DNA from: Waterburya sp.
GTDB taxonomy: Bacteria > Cyanobacteriota > Cyanobacteriia > Cyanobacteriales > Xenococcaceae
NCBI GenBank assembly: GCA_965217895.1
Contig: CBDCJV010000002.1
Span: 832,001 to 896,000 of the forward strand
DNA: 64,000 nucleotides
Direction: 5' to 3'
A program made the position numbers and the translations under genes. Shown here piece after piece: positions 20,656 through 30,333 of the stretch. Within the stretch, counting starts at the first letter, position 1, and each line of letters starts with the position of its first letter. The notes under the pieces were generated by a model that saw nothing but the letters and a program-made list of their open reading frames with translations, had not been told where the DNA came from and did no database searches.

Positions 20656-21231
20656 TCAAAAAATATCGGCTAGATCTACAGTTAGCCCTGGTAATATATC
20701 CTCACCAGATAAATTATCGGGGTTGCTAATTACCTGTTTGTCTTGAGATTGGCAATAGATTTCTACTTGTTTCTCATCGGAATTGATTAACCAGCCTAGC
20801 TTTACGCCACAGCCAATGTATTCTGTCATCTTTTGTTGAGTTATAGATAAGTCATCAGTGGGAGACAATAATTCAATAACAAAATCAGGATCGATTGGTG
20901 CAAAACCTCTTTTTTGTTTATCGTTCAAGCTATTCCAGCGGTTGATTGCAATCCAGCTAACGTCAGGGGATCTCGTCGCACCATTAGATAATTTAAACCC
21001 TGTAGAAGAATCAAACACTATTCCTGTTTTTGACTGACGATTCCAATACCAAACTTGACCGAATAAATCTCCATTACGCTTTCCGCTTTCGCTTCCTGTT
21101 GGCGACATGATAATTAGTTTTCCCTTGGCATCGGTTTCAAATCTAAGATCGGGGTTTTCTCGGCATAATTGTTCCAAGGCGCGATCGCTAATTGAGTCAG
21201 TAAAAGCTTTTACATCGATGGTGTAAGTCAT
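20656..21231 (-). CDS. Uma2-family putative endonuclease
   Basis: FDSSTGFKLSNGATRSPDVSWI, PDFVIELLSPTD, GVKLGWLI. Confidence 0.93.
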   Translation of the reverse strand: MTYTIDVKAFTDSISDRALEQLCRENPDLRFETDAKGKLIIMSPTGSESGKRNGDLFGQVWYWNRQSKTGIVFDSSTGFKLSNGATRSPDVSWIAINRWNSLNDKQKRGFAPIDPDFVIELLSPTDDLSITQQKMTEYIGCGVKLGWLINSDEKQVEIYCQSQDKQVISNPDNLSGEDILPGLTVDLADIF

Positions 21232-21282
21232 TTCTAGAATTTAAAATGATAGAATTCAAATTATTAGTAGCCATATAGATTT

Positions 21283-21344
21283 ATATTAGCTTTGTGCAAA
21301 CCGTCATATGATATAACGCACAGAATTTACTTGTTGGCGATCGC
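21283..21344. repeat. 62-bp direct repeat, copy 1 (ends in HIP1)
   Basis: 56/62 identical to 22078-22139. Confidence 0.9.
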
Positions 21345-21417
21345 ACTTCTTCTACAACTAAGAAAAGTATCTATTAATTTGTTAATATTTTTATTGATTG
21401 TTTCTCAACTCAAAATC

Positions 21418-22065
21418 TTATTGCTCAAGGAAACGTTGATATATTAATTGTTGTAACCCTCCACCTTGTCCATTGACTGTTTTAACTATACGTTCGCGAA
21501 CCATATATTTTGTGTCTAGCCAATATTGTATTTCGTTACCAGCTTTCTCGATATCCCAATATCCACTACCATCTTCATCAAAAATTGCTGTTTCATACCA
21601 CTCTGCTGAATGCAAGATCAAATCAGTTAGGTTGTGATAACGCAATGCAAAATCCTCAAAACTGATATCATATCCATAAACTGAACTGTCTTGATTCTCG
21701 TTAAATGCAATAGTTATAAATACTCCACATTCAGATGAATTTTCAAAAAGCGGGAAACGATATTGAAAAAATTTGGCAATCTCAGGGTAATCAGCTTTTA
21801 CTTGTTCTAGTTCCTCACGATATTTGTAGACTGCTCTTTTTAAAGATAAAAATTCGTAATTTTCAAACAAGAAGTCCCATCCAAACAAGCCGTCATGCCA
21901 TTGGTACAGTTCATAAACTTCAGATGGTAATTTAAAGGGAATATCTGTGACTAAATCTTTTATTTGTGAAACAGAAATACCAGGTTCAAGAGCTTGAATA
22001 CGATGGGGGGTATGTATTGCCATCTTGTTATAAATACGATTTAAACCATCAGTAAGCTGAGACAT
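21418..22065 (-). CDS. SMI1/KNR4-like protein
   Basis: LEPGISVSQIKDLVTDIPFKLPSEVYELYQWHDG and FLSLKRA resemble the SMI1/KNR4 N-terminal pattern. Confidence 0.7.
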   Translation of the reverse strand: MSQLTDGLNRIYNKMAIHTPHRIQALEPGISVSQIKDLVTDIPFKLPSEVYELYQWHDGLFGWDFLFENYEFLSLKRAVYKYREELEQVKADYPEIAKFFQYRFPLFENSSECGVFITIAFNENQDSSVYGYDISFEDFALRYHNLTDLILHSAEWYETAIFDEDGSGYWDIEKAGNEIQYWLDTKYMVRERIVKTVNGQGGGLQQLIYQRFLEQ

Positions 22066-22077
22066 TTAATTTATATG

Positions 22078-22139
22078 ATATTAGCTTTGTGCAAACTGTC
22101 ATATAATATATCGCACAGAATTTATTTATTGGCGACCGC
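22078..22139. repeat. 62-bp direct repeat, copy 2
   Basis: atattagctttgtgcaaactgtcatataatatatcgcacagaatttatttattggcgaccgc. Confidence 0.9.
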
Positions 22140-22260
22140 TTTCATTCTCGCTTATCAATCTATATCTTTGTACGGATCTATTTTTCTGGCTCTACTGCTA
22201 TGGTTTGGTAAATTAATTTAACTTAAGCTGTAGTACTATCTTTTAACTAGTTTATTCTTA

Positions 22261-22668
22261 ATGGCATCTCAATATATAGTGGTCGTTGGTTGTGGTCGTT
22301 TGGGATCTATTTTGGCTTCTCGCCTCAGTAGTCAGGGTAATAGCGTTGTAGTAATCGATCCTCATGAAAGATCTTTTAGTAATTTGAGCAGTGATTTTAG
22401 TGGATTTCAGATTACTGGTGATGCTTCTGAGATCGAAATATTACGTAGTGCTAAAGTAGACCAGGCAGACTGTTTGCTGGCAGTTACCGACAAAGATAAT
22501 ATCAATTTGATGGTGACACAAATAGCGAAACAAATATTTCAGACTTCGATTGTTTTAGCGCGGGTTTTCGATCCTGCACGGGAAAAGATTTATCGTGACT
22601 TTGGTATCGCTACTATCAGCCCGACACAGCTTTCTGCCGATGCTTTTATGGCTAATCTTCCTAGCTAA
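22261..22668 (+). CDS. trkA: TrkA-family K+ uptake protein (RCK-N domain only)
   Basis: VVGCGRLG, ITGDA, AVTDKDNINL. Confidence 0.88.
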   Translation: MASQYIVVVGCGRLGSILASRLSSQGNSVVVIDPHERSFSNLSSDFSGFQITGDASEIEILRSAKVDQADCLLAVTDKDNINLMVTQIAKQIFQTSIVLARVFDPAREKIYRDFGIATISPTQLSADAFMANLPS

Positions 22669-22686
22669 ATTAAAAATATATAAACC

Positions 22687-23346
22687 ATGAGAATTATCTT
22701 AATCGGCGGGAGTAAATTAGCTTATTTTCTTGCCAAACAGTTTGCCAGCAAGAATTACTACACCACTATTATTAATGCGGATCTAGACGAAGCCAAGACT
22801 TTATCACGGAGTTTAAAAGCAACAGTTATACATGGACAAGGCAGCGATCCTGCTACTCTATCGGAGGCTGGTGCGTATCAGGCTGATGTGGTTTTATCTC
22901 TGACTACTCAAGATGAAGATAACTTGATTGCCTGTCAAATTGCCCAAAAAGAATATGGCGTACCTCGTACCATTGCTCTAGTTAACGATCCCGAAAATCA
23001 GCAAATCTTTGAAAAGTTAGGTATTACCGTTGCTTTTTCGGCTACCCAGATTATTGCTAGCTTAATCGAACAACAAACGGCTACAGGAGATATTCAAAAC
23101 TTACTCCCTATAGCAGAAGGAAAGGTTAATGTTACCGAGATTGCACTAGAAGCAAACAATCCAGTAGTGGGAAAAACTATCGATGAACTGCAACTGCCTA
23201 ATGGTACTTTAATTGGCTGTATTCTACGACAGGGCGAGGTGATTGTTCCTAGTGGTGAAAATAGTCTACAGGCTTTAGATCGATTGGTAGTTATCGGTCA
23301 ACCAGAAAGTTATGGACAATTGATGCGGTTGTTGTGCAGTGAATAA
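22687..23346 (+). CDS. trkA: TrkA-family protein (RCK-N plus RCK-C)
   Basis: IGGSKLA, DEDNLIACQIA, C-terminal VVGKTIDELQLP...ILRQGEVIVP. Confidence 0.88.
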   Translation: MRIILIGGSKLAYFLAKQFASKNYYTTIINADLDEAKTLSRSLKATVIHGQGSDPATLSEAGAYQADVVLSLTTQDEDNLIACQIAQKEYGVPRTIALVNDPENQQIFEKLGITVAFSATQIIASLIEQQTATGDIQNLLPIAEGKVNVTEIALEANNPVVGKTIDELQLPNGTLIGCILRQGEVIVPSGENSLQALDRLVVIGQPESYGQLMRLLCSE

Positions 23347-23394
23347 TGATGTGGAGTTATAAATCTCTAAAATTATAAATGGAGAGGGAAAAAA

Positions 23395-24894
23395 TTGTTA
23401 CTTGAACGGGAAAAAACTAATCGCTACAGTCAGTTTTTACGTCAGCGTTATCGAGCAATTTTAGGCTATACGGGTCTGATTTGGGCGATCGCAGGAATAG
23501 TTATACTTTCTCCTTTATTGGCACTTATTTTTTATCCTGAAGAAATTAACTTGGCTTGGGGTTTCGCCCTACCAGGAGTGATTTTAACCATAGTTGGTGG
23601 CTTGTTATGGCGGTTTCTCGCACCAAAAAAGATAATAAGTCTTTCTTTGCCAGAAGGTTCGGTGATTGTATTTTTAGCTTGGTTAGTAGCGATCGCCGTT
23701 GGTACAATTCCCTTTATCCTGATTCAAGGATTAAACTTCACTCAAGCTATGTTTGAATCTACTAGCGGTTGGACGACTACAGGGTTATCTGTCGTAGATG
23801 TCACCCAAGCTTCTCACCTAGTTTTGCTTTATCGCAGCAATATCGAACTTGCAGGGGGTGGCGGGTTCGCTATTATCGCCCTAAGTGCTATTTCTGGGCT
23901 TTCTGGGGCGGGCTTAACCTCGGCAGAAGGTAGAACCGAACAGCTTGCGCCCAACGTCAGGCGATCGGCTAAATTGGTTTTGAGTATTTATTCTGGTTAT
24001 GCCGTTGTTGGTATTTTAGCCTTGTGGCTCGCGGGAATGGGTTGGTTTGATGCGGTTAACCATTCTTTTGCCGCCTTGTCTACGGGTGGCTTTTCTACCC
24101 GCACCGATTCAATTGGCTATTGGGATTCTCCCGCCGTTGAGGCTGTTACTATTATCCTAATGATTTTGGGTACGCTTAATTTTCTCACTAGCTATTTCTT
24201 GTTAACAGGTAAGTTTAAGTCGGTAATTCGTAATGGTGAAGTTAAATTAATGGCTTTAATTATACCCCTGTGCGCTTTAATAATTTTTCTTAGTGTAGGG
24301 GTTAATCTTTATGAGACATTAGGAAAAGGAGTCAGAGTAGCTATTTTTGAAGTAGTATCTGCTCTTTCTACTACAGGCTTTTCTACCGTTGGCTATAGCG
24401 ATTGGAATAGCTTGGGCTGGACAATTATGATTATTCTGATGTTAATTGGTGGCGGTACAGGTGCAACCGCAGGAGGCATAAAACAGTTTCGGATTTATGC
24501 TCTGTATCGGGCATTACTATGGGAGGTAAAACGAATGTTACAGCCCAAGAATACTGTAACCGAACCTGACTACTGGCAAGGCGATCGCCGTAGCTTTCTG
24601 AATGACAGCCAGATTCGTACTGTTGCCTTATTTATATTTTTATACTTTTTGGTATTCGGTCTTGGCGTAACAATTACCGCAGCCTATGGTAATCCTATTC
24701 CCGACAGTTTATTTGAATATGCCAGCAGTCTTGGCACTGTCGGACTATCAATTGGGGTGACTTCGGCTGATGCGCCTATTGGATTGCTATGGACGCAAAT
24801 TATAGGAATGTTTCTCGGACGCTTAGAATTTTTTACCGTTGCGATCGGCATTATTCGACTGTTTCAAGATCTACCTTCAATTTTGTTTAAGTAA
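23395..24894 (+). CDS. trkH: TrkH K+ uptake membrane protein
   Basis: Four pore motifs FESTSGWTTTG, LSTGGFS, LSTTGFS, SLGTVGLS; FLGRLE. Confidence 0.93.
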   Translation: MLLEREKTNRYSQFLRQRYRAILGYTGLIWAIAGIVILSPLLALIFYPEEINLAWGFALPGVILTIVGGLLWRFLAPKKIISLSLPEGSVIVFLAWLVAIAVGTIPFILIQGLNFTQAMFESTSGWTTTGLSVVDVTQASHLVLLYRSNIELAGGGGFAIIALSAISGLSGAGLTSAEGRTEQLAPNVRRSAKLVLSIYSGYAVVGILALWLAGMGWFDAVNHSFAALSTGGFSTRTDSIGYWDSPAVEAVTIILMILGTLNFLTSYFLLTGKFKSVIRNGEVKLMALIIPLCALIIFLSVGVNLYETLGKGVRVAIFEVVSALSTTGFSTVGYSDWNSLGWTIMIILMLIGGGTGATAGGIKQFRIYALYRALLWEVKRMLQPKNTVTEPDYWQGDRRSFLNDSQIRTVALFIFLYFLVFGLGVTITAAYGNPIPDSLFEYASSLGTVGLSIGVTSADAPIGLLWTQIIGMFLGRLEFFTVAIGIIRLFQDLPSILFK

Positions 24895-24903
24895 ATGGTA
24901 CTG

Positions 24904-27114
24904 TTAATTTTTGACTAAACTATTAACCTTTTGACGTATTTCTGGGTTATATAATCTTAGATAGTTCCAATAGTTGCCGAATACTCCTTCTACATAATCT
25001 TTCGTTTCAGGAAAAGGTATTTGCTCTACAAAGCGATCGCGATTATTGATGTTATATGTAGTCAGCCAATCATTAACGTTGCTTGTACCAGCATTGTAGC
25101 TAGCTACCGCTAATAGTGAATTGTCATTGTAGCGATGATGATTGTGCTTAAGATACCAAGTACCAATTCTAATATTGTCTTCAGGGTTAGTTAAAGAATA
25201 GTTGGGCAACTGTATTTGTTTTGCTATCCAATTAGCAGTGGGTGGTACGATTTGCATCAAGCCTATTGCCCCAACCGCCGAGTCAATCTCAGGATCGAAA
25301 CTAGATTCTTTGCGCATCACTGAAAGAACTAGTAAAGGATTAATTTGCTCTTGTTGAGCATACTCGCGAATTTTTGACTCATAGGGAAAAGGAAATAAAC
25401 CCTGCCAGTAGGCGGTTGTTTTACGCAAAGCTTCCCACTGTTCTAATTCTTGGGGATCTTCGCGCTTAGTTAAATCCCAGATCTCCTGCATTCCTGCGCT
25501 GTAGTGACCTAGTTCCAGCTTTAATATCCCTTCGCTAAACTGCTCATTGACGGTTAGCTGCTGATGCTGCTTAATTTCTGACTGCAAAAGTAACCACGCA
25601 TCGTCATATTGTCCCAACAAATAAAGTTCCTGCATGGCTTTAGAACCCGTTGGCAAAGGGCTATAAATTTTAGCCAAATCTAAGGCAGGATTAAGAGAAC
25701 GTATCCGATCAAAGTCTCCCACCTGCCAATTTAGCTTAATTGCCGAACGCCATGCCCAATAAGATTGGGGATATAGTTTGATAATTTTCTCATAGACTAT
25801 CTTAGCTGCTTCAGGTTTACCCAGATCGGTTGCCCAAATTCCAGTTTGATAAAGTGCTTGAGGAGCAAAATCTAGTTCTAAGTTAGATTTAACAACAGGC
25901 TGCATCCATTGCCAAGCATCTTTTTTGTTGCCTTTATTAGCTAATTCTTGGGCTATTTTCCAGCGATACTCTACTGCTGCTGACGAATCGCTGTATTTAT
26001 TTAATAGCCGATCGCGAGCTTTATCTGCTGCTTTATTCTTGCCGAAACGTTCGTGAATAATTGCCTTAGAACGATAAGCTTGGGGGGCAACATCAGGAAA
26101 CTTGGCGATCGCTTTTTCTAAGTAAACTACCGCCACATCACCACTAGAAATGCTGGCTAAATATAATAAAGCCTGTCCCGCCTCTCTAGCATCATGGTAT
26201 TCACTAATTAGTCTTTGATAGCCAAGCCTAGCAGCATCCAGATTACCGTTACGATGAAATCCTCTAGCTACACGATAAAGATTGCGGGGCGTATTGGGAG
26301 CAAAAGCGTAAGCGTCTGCTGCTTTGCGATATTCATCCTCCCGCCAGTAGCCATCGGCGATCGCTTCCCAGTCTTTAGGGGTTAATTCTCCTGAGTATTC
26401 TAAGACAAGGCGATCGCGAATTTTATTTAAGTCGGCATCTCGACTATATTTTGCCAACAGCAGCAACAGACTAAACTGGTCAGGATTTTGCTGTAAACCC
26501 TGACGAGCCAGCTTTTGAGCCAGGGGATGATAGGGAAATTCCCGAATTAATCTGGCTTGATTTTGGGAGCGATCGCCATCTAATAAAGATATAGCATTGG
26601 CAGTAATCGGCGATCGAGGATAGTTCTCGATCAGCTCTTCTAAAGTACTTTGGGCAGCTTCTTCTTCTTTATTTTGTTGATAAGCCTGGGCGGTTTTAAA
26701 TAATATTTGAGGACGTAACAACGGGTAATCTTCAGCTAATCCCTGAAGGTAAGTCAAGGCTAGTTTGCCCTGCTGCTGTTGAATCAAATCCGCAGCTAAT
26801 AAGTAGCGAGCGCGATTACGGTTAATAATTATTTGTTGAGCAGAATCGCTATTTCCTTCAGCGTTACTCAAAAGTTTTAATTGGTTAGCTCTAGCCGTAG
26901 GTGCAAGCGATCGCAAATTGACTATAGGAGATACTGAACCAGCTTGTTCTTTTCTCGACTGGGAAAACAGACTATTTTGAACTTGCCAAACCCCCCAGCC
27001 TAAACTGCTAATCAAAACCAACAAAATTAATCTTTTGTTTTTTAAAGAAATTTGGGCTTGATGTTTTGCTGGTTTGCGTTTGGGTTTTTTCGAGCGCACG
27101 TGGGATTCTAACAT
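24904..27114 (-). CDS. slt: Soluble lytic transglycosylase with TPR repeats
   Basis: VMRKESSFDP, GAIGLMQI, ASYNAG, IPFPETKDYV. Confidence 0.93.
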   Translation of the reverse strand: MLESHVRSKKPKRKPAKHQAQISLKNKRLILLVLISSLGWGVWQVQNSLFSQSRKEQAGSVSPIVNLRSLAPTARANQLKLLSNAEGNSDSAQQIIINRNRARYLLAADLIQQQQGKLALTYLQGLAEDYPLLRPQILFKTAQAYQQNKEEEAAQSTLEELIENYPRSPITANAISLLDGDRSQNQARLIREFPYHPLAQKLARQGLQQNPDQFSLLLLLAKYSRDADLNKIRDRLVLEYSGELTPKDWEAIADGYWREDEYRKAADAYAFAPNTPRNLYRVARGFHRNGNLDAARLGYQRLISEYHDAREAGQALLYLASISSGDVAVVYLEKAIAKFPDVAPQAYRSKAIIHERFGKNKAADKARDRLLNKYSDSSAAVEYRWKIAQELANKGNKKDAWQWMQPVVKSNLELDFAPQALYQTGIWATDLGKPEAAKIVYEKIIKLYPQSYWAWRSAIKLNWQVGDFDRIRSLNPALDLAKIYSPLPTGSKAMQELYLLGQYDDAWLLLQSEIKQHQQLTVNEQFSEGILKLELGHYSAGMQEIWDLTKREDPQELEQWEALRKTTAYWQGLFPFPYESKIREYAQQEQINPLLVLSVMRKESSFDPEIDSAVGAIGLMQIVPPTANWIAKQIQLPNYSLTNPEDNIRIGTWYLKHNHHRYNDNSLLAVASYNAGTSNVNDWLTTYNINNRDRFVEQIPFPETKDYVEGVFGNYWNYLRLYNPEIRQKVNSLVKN

Positions 27115-27264
27115 GAAGGTTACTTTGCTTTGACTTATACCTTAGATTCTGACTGGATTACCAACTGCTATTACTATCTGTAAATCAATTATTTGGAACT
27201 ATGATTTATCTCTCTGCGTCAATTGCTCATAACTAATCTCTCAGAGAAATATTTTTAATTAATC

Positions 27265-28044
27265 ATGTTTAACGCAAAATACTCCAAAATAACCACCTCT
27301 ATTTTCACTACTCTTGCTATTTCGCTAACTACAGTCGCTAATTTTGCCAATACAGCCCAAGCACAGCTTTTCCCCGAACAAACACCATCTAGAGATAGAG
27401 AATATAATCCACCTAGAGACAGTGAATATTACCCACCCAGAGACAGTGAATATTACCCACCCAGAGACAGTGAATATTACCCACCCAGAGACAGCGATCA
27501 ACAACGCAGCCGTTTTCCAACTAGTGCGCCTGATACCGTCCCTGAAGGCTTTGTTATTCCTATAGAATACGACAAGGACAAAATTCTAGTAACTCCTAAA
27601 GAGACTACACCTGTAACTTTGTTGGTAGCAGCTAATGTGCGAGATAGTCGAAAAAATACTTTGATTCCTTACGGTAGCGAGATTTCAGGAAATATTCAAC
27701 CTAGTAATGATGAAACTGGCTCATTGTTTGTTGCTGATGAGATCATTTTTCCTGACGGTACAAGCCAGCCCATTGAGGCAATTTCTAATGTCATAACCCG
27801 CACAGAAACTGTCAAAAAAGGCGCAAATGCAGGGGATATTCTTAAGGGTGCTGCTATTGGTGGTGGTGCTGCTGCCGTGTTATCAGAAATCTTTGGCGAC
27901 ATTGGGGCATTAAAAGTCCTCGGCGGTGCTGGGGCTGGGGCGATCGCTGGGCTGTTGTTGGGAGGAAACAAAGCAGAGCTAATTTCTATCGATCCCAACA
28001 ACGACTTAGACCTAACTGTGCAGAGAGATTTTACAGTTCGCTAA
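27265..28044 (+). CDS. Conserved cyanobacterial secreted/membrane protein with a glycine-zipper C-terminus
   Basis: Signal peptide; GAAIGGGAAA...GGAGAGAIAG; PPRDSEYY repeats. Confidence 0.75.
   Translation: MFNAKYSKITTSIFTTLAISLTTVANFANTAQAQLFPEQTPSRDREYNPPRDSEYYPPRDSEYYPPRDSEYYPPRDSDQQRSRFPTSAPDTVPEGFVIPIEYDKDKILVTPKETTPVTLLVAANVRDSRKNTLIPYGSEISGNIQPSNDETGSLFVADEIIFPDGTSQPIEAISNVITRTETVKKGANAGDILKGAAIGGGAAAVLSEIFGDIGALKVLGGAGAGAIAGLLLGGNKAELISIDPNNDLDLTVQRDFTVR
27409..27495 (+). repeat. 24-bp in-frame tandem repeat (PPRDSEYY, about 3.5 copies)
   Basis: ccacccagagacagtgaatattac repeated. Confidence 0.92.
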
Positions 28045-28097
28045 AACTTAAGCAAGTTTTTACTATCTTGTAATATCTTTTAATATCCGCCAGACAT

Positions 28098-29126
28098 TTA
28101 ACCAAGTTGAAAGACAAAGGTTACTAAATCTCCTTTTCCTAGTGAAATGCGATCGCCTGGTCGTAGGCGATGGCGATTACCTCTTACCAAAGGAGAATGA
28201 TTGATATAAGTTCCATTAGAACTGCCCACGTCTTCAATATAGAAAGTATCTCCTTCAATCCGAATATCAGCATGAACTCGTGATACTACTTCTGAGTCAG
28301 GAAAACCAGCTACGTCTATATCAGGAGGAATTTGACCGTTTGGTTTACCAATATGAACCACATCTAGATTAAAAGGCAGTTCTATTTTAGTATTGCTTTG
28401 TAAATGAATTAGGCTGGCCGTTTGTAACTGTAGTTGAGTTGCACTTGCCCCATAATTTTCTTCTCTATTTTGAGCGGGTTTAGGTACAGACGAACCAGCT
28501 TGATTATTAAAATTAACTGATTCTAAAGGAACTCCAGGTGTTGCTGGTGGTACAGGTGGTGCTAGAGATTCTTCAAAAGGTTCTGGATCTACTTGGGGCT
28601 GCTCAAAATCTAAACTTAAGTCAGGAGTATTTGATTCCCCGGATAGAGTTTCTTCATCCGCAGTTAAATTATTGGATTTGGCTTCAGTTGCAAATTTTGT
28701 ATCTGGTACAGAAGATTCAGGATTAATTATTGTCTCTGGCTCTATTATCTCCGATACTGGGTAAGCTTGCCCAATGGTCATGTCTTCCTCTTCTTGCTCA
28801 TCCCAAGGACTTTGGATTGGTGATGTCATGGAGGTTTCAGGTAGAATATTAGAACTGGCTGCTGATAGAGGCATTTCTTCTGGCAGGGGAATTTCTTCTG
28901 GTAAAGATACTTCTTCTGATGCGAATGATGTTTCTGTTGAAGAAACTTCGGCAAGGGGGTTTTCTGCTTGTAAATTAAAACCACATTGACCACAGAAAGT
29001 AGCATCAGTTTGTACGGATGCTCCACAGTTAGGACAGCCAACTGTAGCGGGCAAAGGAGTATAACAATTTTCGCATTGCAAAGATCCTTCTGGATTTTGA
29101 TGATTGCAACTGGGGCAAGTAATCAT
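28098..29126 (-). CDS. fraH: Double zinc-ribbon plus FHA domain protein (FraH-like)
   Basis: CPSC/CENC/CPNC/CGQC; acidic Pro-rich linker; FHA VSRVHA...DVGSSNGTYIN. Confidence 0.8.
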   Translation of the reverse strand: MITCPSCNHQNPEGSLQCENCYTPLPATVGCPNCGASVQTDATFCGQCGFNLQAENPLAEVSSTETSFASEEVSLPEEIPLPEEMPLSAASSNILPETSMTSPIQSPWDEQEEEDMTIGQAYPVSEIIEPETIINPESSVPDTKFATEAKSNNLTADEETLSGESNTPDLSLDFEQPQVDPEPFEESLAPPVPPATPGVPLESVNFNNQAGSSVPKPAQNREENYGASATQLQLQTASLIHLQSNTKIELPFNLDVVHIGKPNGQIPPDIDVAGFPDSEVVSRVHADIRIEGDTFYIEDVGSSNGTYINHSPLVRGNRHRLRPGDRISLGKGDLVTFVFQLG

Positions 29127-29241
29127 AGGTATTTTTTTAAACTGACTATTACACTGCTACCGACATAGATATTTTTTTATCCCACTATATACTACCCTTG
29201 GCGTTCTAGTTTTTTACAAATCAATAAAAAAGCTTGGCATT

Positions 29242-29958
29242 TTATAGTTCGGCTGCTGCTTGACGATCCAACAGCCAGATAAGTTCTCCTTGGGGTTGAA
29301 TTAAACGTGAGGGGTAGTTTTGAGCATCGCCTTGGGCGGCAAATACTTCTTTTAAAGCAGAACGTTTATTTTCTCCAGCAACTAAAAAGACAACGCAACG
29401 AGCCTGATTGATTAAGGGTACGGTAAAAGTAAGACGAGGCTGACCGTCTTTGCTGCCGACGGTAATCAAGCGATCGCTAACCTTCAAGGCTTCAGTTTTA
29501 GGGAACAATGAGGCGGTGTGTCCATCATCTCCCATACCTAATAAGATTAGGTCAAATTTGGGCATCTCTCCCTGTTGCACCTCAAAGAAGTCTTGCAAGT
29601 CCTGTTCATGTTTTTGGGCAGCTTCAATCGGGCTGGCGAGGGTAGTATCCATGGGATGAATGTTGCCCTGGGGAATCTCAATTTTGTCTAGTAAAGCCTC
29701 GCGGGTCATAAATTGATTACTGTCATTATGGCTAGCTGGCACATAGCGTTCATCGCCCCAAAAAATGTGGATCTTCGACCAAGGTAAAGGCTGACTAGCT
29801 AAAGATTCATAAAGAGGTTTTGGGGTGCTACCGCCTGCTAAAGCGATGGTAAATTGATTTCTTGCTTCAATAGCTGCCTGTAAACGAGATAAAACAATTT
29901 CTTGCGATCGCTTTATTAAATCATTTTTGTCGGCTAAAACTTCAACAATTCTATCCAT
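29242..29958 (-). CDS. pgl: 6-phosphogluconolactonase
   Basis: ALAGGSTP, WGDERYVP, LLGMGDDGHTASLFP. Confidence 0.96.
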   Translation of the reverse strand: MDRIVEVLADKNDLIKRSQEIVLSRLQAAIEARNQFTIALAGGSTPKPLYESLASQPLPWSKIHIFWGDERYVPASHNDSNQFMTREALLDKIEIPQGNIHPMDTTLASPIEAAQKHEQDLQDFFEVQQGEMPKFDLILLGMGDDGHTASLFPKTEALKVSDRLITVGSKDGQPRLTFTVPLINQARCVVFLVAGENKRSALKEVFAAQGDAQNYPSRLIQPQGELIWLLDRQAAAEL

Positions 29959-30333
29959 AATATTTATAAGTTTATTTCCGAATTTGGCTAACACCAACAA
30001 TCTTAGTTGAAGATTACAGGCTGAGGTTTTTCAATTTCATAACCTTAACAACAAAACTATATTTTCTGGTCGGTTGAATACTGCTGAAGCAGCTTCTCAC
30101 CTCGTTCTCCCAACTCTGTCTTACGCTGTAGTCCCCAGCAGAACAAATCTACAGTTTGTAAGCAAGGGTTGTTTTGCGAACTCTCATGGTGAATCGAAAT
30201 TTGAGTTTGTGAGCCAAACTGTTCCTGTAGCTGCAATTTTATGTATTGGTCAAAATTGGCTTGTTCGTTTTTATTCTTACATCAATACTTTTAACTTGTA
30301 AAAGCGGTAGCGCAAACCAATAGCTAGATGAGC

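Noticed and set aside
21283..22139. 62-bp repeats as a CRISPR array or canonical attC sites
   Set aside because: Only two copies separated by a whole gene; no cas or integrase gene; no clear RYYYAAC/GTTRRRY ends
27409..27495. 24-bp repeats as a CRISPR array
   Set aside because: No spacers; it is an in-frame coding repeat
30074..30301. 75-aa plus-strand ORF
   Set aside because: TTG start, opposite to both neighbours, no recognisable motif
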